Shown here piece after piece: positions 54,381-62,999 of a DNA stretch of 64,000 bases. Source of the stretch: Kiritimatiellia bacterium (GTDB lineage: Bacteria > Verrucomicrobiota > Kiritimatiellia > CAIVKH01); contig JAMLJG010000015.1 in NCBI GenBank assembly GCA_023953695.1, forward strand, positions 2,756 through 66,755, read 5' to 3'. How positions within the stretch are numbered: the stretch's first letter is position 1; every line of letters starts with the position of its first letter. The notes under the pieces are model-generated. The model searched no databases. It was not told the origin of the DNA and worked only from the letters and a program-made list of their open reading frames with translations. The position numbers and the translations under genes are program-made.

Positions 54381-55540
54381 TGAACGAGTGGATCGAACAA
54401 CAGCTCAGCGAAGTGGCCGCGCGCGGTGAATCGCGCCAGCTCACCGCATGGCCCACCCTCGGCCCCTACCTCCAGCGCGCCGACCAACGCATCCTCAACC
54501 TCGCGGGCAACGACTATCTCGGCCTCACCGCGCACCCCGCCGTGCGCGAAGCCGCCGCCCGCGCCGCGCGCGACATCGGAACCGGCGCCACCGCCTCGCG
54601 CCTCCTCGCCGGAACCGCCACTCTCCACGAACAACTCGAAGCAGAACTCGCCGACTGGAAAGGCCATCCCAGCGCCCTCCTCTTCAGCAGCGGCTACCTC
54701 GCCGCGCTCGGCATCCTTCCCCTCCTCGCCGGACGCGATGACCTGATCGTCGCCGACCGCCTTTGCCATGCGTCCCTCCTCGACGCCGCGCGACTCAGCG
54801 GCGCAACCCTCGTTCGCTTCCATCACAACGACATCGCCGACGCCCACAAGCGCCTCGCAAAACGCCCGCACCACCCCCGCTGCCTCATCGTCACCGAATC
54901 GCTCTTCAGTATGGACGGCGACACCGCGCCACTCCCCGAACTCCTCGCGCTCGCCCAATCGCACAATGCCACACTCCTCGTGGATGAAGCCCACGCCCTC
55001 GGCGTCGCCGGCCCGCGCGGCGCGGGCCTCACCGCCGACCAACCGGAAGCGGAAGAAAACCTCGTCACCCTCGGCACCCTCGGCAAGAGCCTGGCCGCCG
55101 CGGGCGGCTTCATCACCGGCCCCGCCAAACTCCGCACGCTGATGATCAACCGCGCGCGCACCTTCATTTTCGACACCGCCCTGCCACCGCCCACCCTCGC
55201 TGCCGCGCGCGCCGCACTAAACGAGATACGCGCGCACCCCGAATGGCCCCGCGCCCTCGCCGAAAAGGCCGCCCGCCTCCGCGCTCGGCTCAGCAGCGCC
55301 GCGCTCGACACCACCCCCTCCCAATCGCACATCATCCCCGTGCGCATCGGAGACAACCACCGCGCCACAGCCATCGCCTCACGCCTCAGCGAACAGAACA
55401 CCCTCGTCGCAGCCATTCGCCCACCCACCGTTCCGCCCGGCACCGCGCGTCTCCGCCTCTCTCTCAGCCTCGCCCACAGCGACACCGACCTCGACGCCGC
55501 CGCTGCCGCCATCCAACGCGCCGCGCAGAATATCCCATGA
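54381..55540 (+). CDS. bioF: 8-amino-7-oxononanoate synthase
   Basis: PLP-dependent AONS/serine-palmitoyltransferase-family fold, with the catalytic lysine context SLGKSLAAAGGFI. The start is taken at MNEWIEQ. The stop overlaps the bioH start (ATGA). Confidence 0.85.
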
Positions 55541-56160
55541 AAGCGCGACTCTTCCCCGGCTGGGCCTTCCCCGAAACCGCACTCCAACCCATCGCCGAAG
55601 CCCTCCACTGCGACATCCGCACAGACACCGGCGGCGACCTCTGGATCGCCTGGTCACTCGGCGGACTCCACGCGCTCACTCAATCGCGCGCCACCACTCC
55701 CCGCGCACTCATCCTCATCTCCTCCACCGCGCGCTTCTGCGCAGACAGCGACCACTGGCCCGGCCTACCCACCGCCAACCTCCGCGCACTCCAGCGCCAA
55801 CTCGCCCGCGCCCCCGAAGACGCCCTTCGCGGCTTCCACAAACTCTGCACCGCAACCGCATCCGCCACCACCCTCGAAACGCGCCTGCGCGACAGCCTCA
55901 CCCTCCCCCTCGCCGATGGCCTCCGCGACCTCGCCGAACTCGACCTCCGCGACCGCCTTGAAACCATCCGCCAACCCACCCTCCTCCTCCACGGCTCCAA
56001 AGACCGCGTAATCCCCATCGCCGCCGCCCACGCCCTCGCCCAGCGCCTCCCACACGCCCAACTGCGCGAACACCCCGAAGCCGAACACGACCTCCCCATC
56101 GCCCACGCCGGCTGGGTCATCGAACAAATACGCGACTTCCTCGGCGCAGATTGGGGATAA
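55537..56160 (+). CDS. bioH: alpha/beta-hydrolase, BioH-like pimeloyl-ACP methyl ester esterase
   Basis: Nucleophile elbow AWSLGG with a C-terminal Asp/His region (HGSKDRVIP...EHDLP). Located between bioF and bioC. Confidence 0.65.
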   Translation: MKARLFPGWAFPETALQPIAEALHCDIRTDTGGDLWIAWSLGGLHALTQSRATTPRALILISSTARFCADSDHWPGLPTANLRALQRQLARAPEDALRGFHKLCTATASATTLETRLRDSLTLPLADGLRDLAELDLRDRLETIRQPTLLLHGSKDRVIPIAAAHALAQRLPHAQLREHPEAEHDLPIAHAGWVIEQIRDFLGADWG

Positions 56161-56348
56161 GCCTCCAAACTCCTTGCTGCACACCCAACAGCCAGCTATC
56201 TTCGCCCATGCTGTGAAAACGCTGGGAAAATCAGCAATTTGTGGAACGAAGCGGCCCTCTGGACACCCCGCAAAGGCGCCGCCCGAATCGCTCTCTTCAC
56301 CGCGACAACAACCGCAACAACACAACCCGAGATTCAGCAGGTGCAGAC

Positions 56349-56987
56349 ATGGATGAATCAAAGAATACTGCAATCATCATGCGAGACGCAGAACATGGCG
56401 ACACCGAAGCCAAATGTATTCTCGGCATGATGTATTTAGATGGACATGGCGTCCCTCAAAGCGACGCGAAGGCGCTCGAGTGGTTCGCCCAGGCCGCAGA
56501 AGAAGGCAATGCCGACGCGCAATTCTATCTCGGCGTCATGTACTACGAAGGCCGGTGCGTACCCCAAAACTACGCAAAAGCCGTCGAATGGTATTCACGA
56601 GCCATTGAACAAAACCACGCCGAATCGCAATTCAACATCGGCTGGCTATACGCCAAAGGGCATGGCCTTCCGCAAGACGACGTAAAAGCTGCCGAATGGA
56701 TCGCAAAGGCCGCGGAACAAGGAGACGCAGACGCGCAATCCGACCTCGGCGTCATGTACTACGAAGGCCGCGGAGTGCCCCAAGACGATACAAAAGCATT
56801 TGAATGGCTCTCAAAGGCCGCCGCGCAGGGCATTGCCACATCGCAAGCCAACCTCGGTGAAATGTATGAAAAAGGCCGAGGTGTGCCACAAGACTACGCA
56901 AAAGCTGCCGAATACTACGCCATGGCCGCCGAACAGGGCCATGACGATGCGCAAAGAAATCTCGACGCGCTGTCCGAGAGAAATTGA
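56349..56987 (+). CDS. Sel1-repeat (SLR/TPR-like) protein
   Basis: Five tandem 36-aa Sel1 repeats (A.AxxWYxKAAEQGxAxAQxNLGxMYxxGxGVPQD). Local GC is visibly lower than the flanking bio genes. Confidence 0.75.
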   Translation: MDESKNTAIIMRDAEHGDTEAKCILGMMYLDGHGVPQSDAKALEWFAQAAEEGNADAQFYLGVMYYEGRCVPQNYAKAVEWYSRAIEQNHAESQFNIGWLYAKGHGLPQDDVKAAEWIAKAAEQGDADAQSDLGVMYYEGRGVPQDDTKAFEWLSKAAAQGIATSQANLGEMYEKGRGVPQDYAKAAEYYAMAAEQGHDDAQRNLDALSERN

Positions 56988-57094
56988 AAGTGAGCCCTAT
57001 GCGCAGCCGCGAGTTGAGCAAAAGCTCAACGAGGCGCGTGGTCAATTCGCAAATCGGACTGCACGACGCGGGGCGCGTTTGATAGATTCGCCCC

Positions 57095-57886
57095 ATGAGC
57101 GTGCATCAACTCAATCAACGGGCTCAGTTTTCCGCGGCGGCGGCGGGATATGATCGCTTTGCGCATACGCAGCGGGCAGTGGCGAATCAGCTCTTCGAGG
57201 GCTTGGCTCACGCAGGTGAAATGCGCCGGATTCTCGATGTGGGCTGCGGAACGGGGGCGCTCACGCGGCACCTCGCGATTGCCTGGCCCGAGGCGGAGGT
57301 GGAGGGCATTGACCACGCGCAGGGGATGATCGAGGAGGCGCGGCGCATCAGCGGAAATGCGGAGCGCCCTCGCTATCTGTTGGCGGATGCGCAGTCGTTT
57401 CGCGCGCCGCTTCCCTATGATTTGATCGCGAGCAGCAGCACGCTGCACTGGATTCAGCCGCTGGAGTTCACGCTGCGGCATTTGGCGTCTCTGTTGGCGC
57501 CGCACGGCACATTTGCCTTCGCGATCATGCTCGAACGGACGCTCTGCGAGCTGCATAGCGCACGGGCACAAATCGCTCCGAACAATACGCCGGCGTCGAA
57601 GATGCCCTCGCATAACGTGGTGATGCAGGGCTTGGCCGGCGCGGGCTTGCGCGTGGTGGCGAGTGAGGTGCAGGAGTTTCTTGTGCATGCCGAGTCGGCT
57701 TCCTCGCTGCTTGGCGATTTGCGCGCGCTGGGGGTCACCGGGGGGCCGCTCTCGCTCGGAGCCCGGCCGCTGACCCGCGGTGAGGTGCATCAACTGCTGG
57801 CGCTCTACGAGCGCAGCTTCCGCGATGAGCGCGGAGTTCGCGCGACGTATCACGTGGGCTATTATTGGGGCCAGCGCAATGATTGA
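57095..57886 (+). CDS. bioC: malonyl-ACP O-methyltransferase
   Basis: Class I methyltransferase with motif I ILDVGCGTGALTRHL, positioned immediately upstream of and overlapping bioD. Confidence 0.8.
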   Translation: MSVHQLNQRAQFSAAAAGYDRFAHTQRAVANQLFEGLAHAGEMRRILDVGCGTGALTRHLAIAWPEAEVEGIDHAQGMIEEARRISGNAERPRYLLADAQSFRAPLPYDLIASSSTLHWIQPLEFTLRHLASLLAPHGTFAFAIMLERTLCELHSARAQIAPNNTPASKMPSHNVVMQGLAGAGLRVVASEVQEFLVHAESASSLLGDLRALGVTGGPLSLGARPLTRGEVHQLLALYERSFRDERGVRATYHVGYYWGQRND

Positions 57887-58571
57887 CGCAGGCCTCATCG
57901 TGGTCGGCACGGATACGGGGATCGGCAAAACGCGGGTTGCGGCGGCGCTGCTGGTCGCGCTTCGCGCACGCAGGTTCGATGTCGTGCCGATGAAGCCGAT
58001 TCAGACGGGCGCGGAGCGCGGGCGCGCGCCCGATTTGGATTTCTGTTTGCAGGCGGCAAATCTTCCGTGCGACGCAGCGTTGTATGACCGACTCGCCCCA
58101 TACCGCTTTGCGCTCCCCGCGTCTCCGCATCTCGCAGCGCGCGAGGCGGGCGCAACGATTGAGGCGCAACGCATTTGGGATGCGTGGACAGCGCTGCGCG
58201 ATGCGGGGCATGGCGTGATCGTCGAGGCGGCGGGCGGGGTGCTAGTTCCGCTGAGCGATTCGCTCCTGCAGATGGATCTGCTTCTCGGGTTCGATCTCCC
58301 CTTCCTCCTCGTCGCGCGGCCGGACCTGGGCACGTTGAATCACACGTTGTTGACACTGGAGGCGCTGAGGAATCGCAATGCGCAGATCGGCGGAATCGTG
58401 CTCAATGCCACGCGCGCGGACAGCGGTTTGATTGAAGAGGATAACGCCCGTACGCTGGCGGCGCGAAACCCCGATGTGCCCCTCCACCGCTTCCCGTTTA
58501 TGCCGGACCCCACCCGCGCGGCCCTGGAAAAGGCGGGCGCGGATCTTCTGGCGACGCTGCACTTCCAATGA
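57879..58571 (+). CDS. bioD: dethiobiotin synthetase
   Basis: P-loop GTDTGIGKT with the BioD-type fold. The start MIDAGL overlaps the bioC stop. Confidence 0.9.
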   Translation: MIDAGLIVVGTDTGIGKTRVAAALLVALRARRFDVVPMKPIQTGAERGRAPDLDFCLQAANLPCDAALYDRLAPYRFALPASPHLAAREAGATIEAQRIWDAWTALRDAGHGVIVEAAGGVLVPLSDSLLQMDLLLGFDLPFLLVARPDLGTLNHTLLTLEALRNRNAQIGGIVLNATRADSGLIEEDNARTLAARNPDVPLHRFPFMPDPTRAALEKAGADLLATLHFQ

Positions 58572-58672
58572 TTGGAAACCGGTCGCGCGCGGACTTCCAA
58601 CGATTGGAAAATTTGCGTGTGAAAGTTCCAAGGGTTGGAAGTATGGTGCGAGGAAATTTCCAAGCGTTGGAA
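58563..58672. repeat. array of four TTCCAA-N3-TTGGAA palindromes at 31-32 bp periodicity upstream of the bioA 5' fragment
   Basis: Copies at 58563-58577 (tga), 58595-58609 (cga), 58626-58640 (ggg) and 58658-58672 (gcg). The last two lie inside the duplicated block shared with the functional bioA upstream region. Confidence 0.7.
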
Positions 58673-58689
58673 ATATGGGGTGATTTTCG

Positions 58690-58869
58690 ATGAGTGTTTC
58701 TGAGGTTCAGCGTTGGGATCGCGCGCATGTGTGGCGCCCGTACACCAAGGCTTCCACGCTTGAGGCGGGGCCGGCGCCGGTCATTGTGCGGGGGCCACCC
58801 GGGGTCTGCCACCCGGGGTCAACCCTTGAAAGGCCGTTGAAAAACTCGCTGTTGCCGATGTCTGTTTAG
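58690..58869 (+). pseudogene. orphan 5' fragment of bioA (first 35 codons) truncated by an insertion
   Basis: MSVSEVQRWDRAHVWRPYTKASTLEAGPAPVIVRG is near-identical to the N-terminus of the full bioA at 61686. The reading frame then continues into unrelated sequence and stops. Confidence 0.7.
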
Positions 58870-59411
58870 ACGAAACGGGGGACGAGCCCCCATCGCCGCA
58901 TCTTTTCCCAGCATGGAGGGATGCGGCCCGTGAATGCGGCGATGCCGACGCCCGCCCGTTCAATAGCGGTCACCGCGGTTCGGACCATTTTACCGGGCGC
59001 CTTTCCGGCTGCCCGGATGATCCGCTGCCGGTGCGTGGGGCACTGCGCCGGCCTCCACCATGCACCGAACAGCCGGACCAAACCCGTACGCCTTATCGCC
59101 ACCCACCGTGGTCGGTTCGATGCCCAGCGCAAAACGACTGCGCTCGGTCATGAGGCCCGCCGCCTGTCCTTCTGGCACAAGCGACGCTCCGAGGTGATGC
59201 CGTGCAGATATCCCAGCGCCATCATGCGGATCAACACTTCAGGATCGATCGAAGGGCGGCCCGTGTGGCTGTAGAGCGAGCGGGTCTGTTCTTCCACAGC
59301 AGAGAAATCGATGTAGCGGTCGATCTTGCGCAAGAGGTGGTCGGCGGGAACAAGATCCTCAACTCGAACCATCGAGAACATCGGCTCCGCGCGTCGTTGC
59401 TTACCTCGCAT
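58866..59411 (-). pseudogene. IS5/IS1182-family (InsH-type) transposase remnant with frameshift/internal deletion
   Basis: N-terminal InsH-like domain (MFSMVRVEDLVPADHLLRKIDRYIDFS...HTGRPSIDPEVLIRMMALGYLHGITSERRLCQ). A second, frameshifted piece contains the DDE-region motif GDKAYG. Most of the catalytic core is missing. Confidence 0.6.
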
Positions 59412-59591
59412 GGGAACGTCTCCTTATGTCGGCTCGAATGCCGACCTCACTCCAACGACTCAAGGCCCAGACGTGTTCATCGTTTATCCGAGTTTTTCAA
59501 TAGCCATTATTCCACTGACCCCTATTCCACAGACGTTCGCCCCACGGCATGACTGCTTTACGGCTCTCTAGCGTCATGATATGATAGCGCC

Positions 59592-59780
59592 ATGATTCAG
59601 AAGGTGATACAGCGACATGCACTGAAGGATGAAGGCAAGCCATCTCTAGAGTTGAGCTATTGGCTTAAGGTATCTCCGGAAAAGCGTGTTGAGGCAGTTG
59701 AACTCCTCCGCAGGCAGCATTATGGAAGCTCAACCCGACTACAGAGAACTGCTCGAATTATTCAACGCCCAAGGGGTTGA
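59592..59780 (+). CDS. small hypothetical protein (possible partner of downstream nucleotidyltransferase)
   Basis: 62-aa ORF overlapping the start of the nucleotidyltransferase-fold gene. No family recognised, and it may be spurious. Confidence 0.25.
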   Translation: MIQKVIQRHALKDEGKPSLELSYWLKVSPEKRVEAVELLRRQHYGSSTRLQRTARIIQRPRG

Positions 59781-60186
59781 ATTTCTCATTGTTGGCGCCT
59801 ATGCGCTGGCCTTCTATGGAGCGCCACGTACGACAGGCGACATTAACCTTCTTGTTCATTCAACCCCCGATAATGCGGCGCGCGTTGTCGCCGCTCTTGA
59901 CGCCTTTGGTTTCGGGTCCCTCGGGCTCACAACGGACGACTTTCAAACTCCCGATCAAGTTATTCAACTCGGCGTCCCCCCTGTGCGGATAGATATTCTG
60001 ACGTCTCTCTCGGGTGTCACATGGAATGAGGCAAACGAGGGCAAGGAGCCGGGCAACTACGGGGATGTACCGGTATTCTTCATCGGCAAGACCGAATACA
60101 TAAAGAACAAGAAGGCCACAGGCCGCAAGAAAGATGAAGCCGACGTTGAAGCCTTGGGGCAATCAGGGGCGACCCTTGAGAATTGA
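59722..60186 (+). CDS. nucleotidyltransferase-fold protein (MNT/AbiEii-like minimal NTase)
   Basis: YRELLELFNAQGVEFLIVGAYALAFYG...TGDINLLV matches the minimal nucleotidyltransferase pattern (hG[GS]...D.D). About 155 aa. The start is taken at MEAQPDY. GC content is lower than the host genome. Confidence 0.5.
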   Translation: MEAQPDYRELLELFNAQGVEFLIVGAYALAFYGAPRTTGDINLLVHSTPDNAARVVAALDAFGFGSLGLTTDDFQTPDQVIQLGVPPVRIDILTSLSGVTWNEANEGKEPGNYGDVPVFFIGKTEYIKNKKATGRKKDEADVEALGQSGATLEN

Positions 60187-60367
60187 CAAAGGCGGGGGCA
60201 GCGGGGTCAGCAATCGGCTGTATCGCCGGCGCAAAGGACTGTTCGACGGTCAAGATTATGCGATACCAAGAACTGATCCGCGCCCCCCGCCTACACCGCA
60301 TGGCTCACTCGCGACGGGCTCGCTGTCGGGTGTGGCGTGACCTTAGGCGGACGAAAGAGGAGGCACT

Positions 60368-61129
60368 ATGAGTTTAAGAAGGAAAATTGAGGCGCTTGCG
60401 GGGCACCTGACCGGTAGACGCAAGAATCGCGCACCTCCGCGTGGCATGGATTTCGCCTTGGACATCGCGTATGCCTTGCCGTTGTTTCGCGCGAGCATTG
60501 TTTTTGATGTAGGTGCCAACGTTGGTCAATCCGCGAAACTGTTTTTGGCCAAGTTCCCAGATTCGCACATCTACTGTTTCGAGCCGGTGACCGATACGTA
60601 TCACCTGCTTCAGCACAACTTACATGATACCGAGCGCGTTGATTGTCATCAGTTGGCCTTCGGCTCTACAACGAGAACCGGGGAGATGATTCTCCAAGGC
60701 TCCTCCGACATGTTCTTTTTGCTGGGCCAATCGAGCGAGTTGCCCAACAAAGAGGTGCGAAGCGAGTCCGTAAACATAGACACACTGGATGCCTTTTGCC
60801 GCGCGAACAAGATTGATCGCATCAGCTTCCTCAAGATAGACACCGAGGGAGGAGATCTAGACGTCTTGAGAGGCGCAGAAATGATGCTAGGCGAACAGAG
60901 AATAGATATTGTTCAAGTGGAAGCTGGGATGAGTCCGACTAACAGCAGGCATGTGCCATTTCAATCCCTAAAGAATTTTCTCGAAGACCATGGGTACTAT
61001 CTGTTTGGCATTTACGAACAAGTGAAGGAATGGCCTACTGGAGAACCTCACTTGCGACGGACAAACCCCGTATTTATCTCACAACAGGTGATTGACAAAA
61101 ATCGAAAGCAAAAGAGACCCAGGACATAG
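60368..61129 (+). CDS. FkbM-family methyltransferase
   Basis: Methyltransf_21 signature VFDVGANVGQSAKLF...CFEP...FLKIDTEGGDLDVL. Located in the low-GC cargo of the island. Confidence 0.75.
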   Translation: MSLRRKIEALAGHLTGRRKNRAPPRGMDFALDIAYALPLFRASIVFDVGANVGQSAKLFLAKFPDSHIYCFEPVTDTYHLLQHNLHDTERVDCHQLAFGSTTRTGEMILQGSSDMFFLLGQSSELPNKEVRSESVNIDTLDAFCRANKIDRISFLKIDTEGGDLDVLRGAEMMLGEQRIDIVQVEAGMSPTNSRHVPFQSLKNFLEDHGYYLFGIYEQVKEWPTGEPHLRRTNPVFISQQVIDKNRKQKRPRT

Positions 61130-61235
61130 CAACGCGCTGTAACGGACGGCAATTTCGCTGTGTTCCCTTGCTGCCGGTGAACTTGGGCAGTATGTGTCTA
61201 GATCACTTGGACAACGGCCCCATTAGAAAAGGAGT

Positions 61236-61556
61236 TTGCACATGAGTCATAAAATCTCCGGGGGGTTAGTACATGAGCTGCCCGTTGATTTAGCCAGGGC
61301 ACTGATTGAAAAAGACACCATCGGTGCATGGGAGGCCTTATCACCCATTGGCCGCAATGAATTTATCTGCTGGGTGGAAGATGCCAAACAAGAGAAGACC
61401 AGAGAAAAACGGATTCTTCGAACGGTAGAAGAGCTACTGGAAGGCAAGAAACGACCCTGCTGCTGGGTCGGGTGCATTCATCGTACAGATAAGAAGCCAA
61501 GCAAATGGCAACAAGATGTGTTGATAGACAAAAAGAAAATTGCAAGGAAGAGTTGA
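61236..61556 (+). CDS. YdeI/OmpD-associated (OmdA) family protein
   Basis: Conserved OmdA core GRNEFICWVEDAKQEKTREKRI with the typical roughly 100 aa size. A hairpin TTTGGC-tgac-GCCAAA follows the stop. Confidence 0.6.
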   Translation: MHMSHKISGGLVHELPVDLARALIEKDTIGAWEALSPIGRNEFICWVEDAKQEKTREKRILRTVEELLEGKKRPCCWVGCIHRTDKKPSKWQQDVLIDKKKIARKS

Positions 61557-61622
61557 GAACGACACATGGCAAGTCGTTCACGGTGCGACGTCTTTGGCTG
61601 ACGCCAAACGCGCGCCTTTATC

Positions 61623-61668
61623 TCCAATCATTGGAAGTATGGTGCGAGGAAACTTCCAAGCGTTGGAA
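61623..61668. repeat. two TTCCAA-N3-TTGGAA-type palindromes upstream of the functional bioA (one degenerate CTCCAA)
   Basis: Copies at 61623-61637 (CTCCAAtcaTTGGAA) and 61654-61668 (TTCCAAgcgTTGGAA), 31 bp apart. The right member is homologous to the palindrome at 58658. Confidence 0.6.
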
Positions 61669-61685
61669 ATGTGGGGTGATTTTCG

Positions 61686-62999
61686 ATGAGTGATTCAGAG
61701 GTTCAGCGTTGGGATCGCGCGCATGTGTGGCACCCGTACACCAAGGCTTCCACGCTTGAGGCAGGGCCGGCGCCGGTCATTGTGCGGGGCGATGGGATTT
61801 ATTTGGTGGATGCGGAGGGGCGTCGTTTTGTGGACGCGATTTCGTCGTGGTGGTGTGCGGCATTGGGGCATGGGCATCCGCGGATTGTCGCGGCGATCCA
61901 GGGTCAGGCGGGGGTGTTGCAGCACAGTATCCTGGCGAATCTGACGCATCCGCAGGCGGCGGAGTTGGCGGCGCGTCTTGCGGGGATGATGCCGACGCGG
62001 GAGCGCCGCGTTCTGTTTGCGAGCGATGGGGCGAGTGCGGTGGAGCAGGCGCTGAAGATTGCGGTGCAGTATTGGAGCAATGTGGGGCGTGGCGCGAAGC
62101 GGAAATTTGCGTGTTTGCATACGGCGTATCACGGGGACACGTTGGGCGCGATGGCGGTGGGCTATCTGGAGGAGTGGCATCGGCCATTTCAGAGCTTGCT
62201 GGCAGAGGTGGTGGCCCTTCCCTTCCCCGTGGGCGCGGGCGAGTTCGGCGTTTGGGAGCGCGCGCTGGAGGCGCATCGCACGGAGTTGGCGGCGGTGATT
62301 GTGGAGCCGCTTTGTCTGGGCGCGGCGGGGATGTTGATGTATGCGCCGGAGCTGTTGCGGGCGTTGGGCGATTGGTGCGCGAGGAATGAGGTGTTGTTGA
62401 TTGATGATGAGGTGGCGATGGGGTTTGGGCGCACGGGTCGGATGTTTGCGTTTGAGCATGCGGGGGTGGATCCGGATTTGGTGTGCGTGGGCAAGGCGTT
62501 GAGCGGCGGGGCGCTGCCGATGAGCGCGACGATTGCGAAGCAGTTTCTCTACGATTCGTTTTCGGACGCGGAGCGGGATCGGACGCTGCAGCACGGGCAC
62601 ACGTTTTGTGGCAATCCGATTGGCGCGGCAGCGGCGAATGAGGCGCTGCAGATTTATGCGGAGATGGATGCGCCTGCGCGCGCGCGATCGCTCGGGGCGC
62701 GGATGGCGAAGCGCTTGGGCGCGCTGCGTGGAAAACGCGGGGTTCGCGATGTGCGCGGTCTCGGATTGATTGGGGTTGTGGAGTTGGAACCGGAGGCGAA
62801 TTGCGGGGCGATTTCGCGCCCGCATCGCATTCGACTGCGTCTTCAGGAGCGAGGTGTTCTCCTTCGCCCGCTTGGGAACGTGCTCTATTTGATGCCGCCT
62901 CTGATTATCTCGGAGGAGGAGCTCGACGCGCTGGTGGAACTCTTTGTCGGGGCAATCGAGAGCGAGCTGGCTATGGCAGGAGCCGCGGAAGGAAAATAA
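61686..62999 (+). CDS. bioA: adenosylmethionine-8-amino-7-oxononanoate aminotransferase
   Basis: Class III PLP aminotransferase with the BioA-specific N-terminus (WHPYT...) and the catalytic lysine context (DEVAMGFGRTG, CVGKALSGG). 437 aa. Confidence 0.9.
   Translation: MSDSEVQRWDRAHVWHPYTKASTLEAGPAPVIVRGDGIYLVDAEGRRFVDAISSWWCAALGHGHPRIVAAIQGQAGVLQHSILANLTHPQAAELAARLAGMMPTRERRVLFASDGASAVEQALKIAVQYWSNVGRGAKRKFACLHTAYHGDTLGAMAVGYLEEWHRPFQSLLAEVVALPFPVGAGEFGVWERALEAHRTELAAVIVEPLCLGAAGMLMYAPELLRALGDWCARNEVLLIDDEVAMGFGRTGRMFAFEHAGVDPDLVCVGKALSGGALPMSATIAKQFLYDSFSDAERDRTLQHGHTFCGNPIGAAAANEALQIYAEMDAPARARSLGARMAKRLGALRGKRGVRDVRGLGLIGVVELEPEANCGAISRPHRIRLRLQERGVLLRPLGNVLYLMPPLIISEEELDALVELFVGAIESELAMAGAAEGK

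Larger units (their letters stand above)
58791..61622. mobile_element. inserted lower-GC island (decayed; no intact recombinase) between the bioA 5' fragment and the functional bioA
   Basis: The segment is bounded by a ~165-bp diverged direct duplication (58626-58790 vs 61623-61790, with several mismatches). It contains IS transposase remnants and three cargo genes. GC content is visibly lower than the surrounding chromosome. A tandem 13-bp repeat GCCACCCGGGGTC x2 sits at the left junction. Confidence 0.55.

Noticed and set aside
58563-58672. Possibility that the 32-bp-periodic palindromes form a CRISPR array
   Set aside because: The repeat is only 15 bp and the spacers only 17 bp. The spacers are partly similar to each other. 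No cas genes or leader sequence are present, and the same motif recurs at two other loci. This is not CRISPR-like.
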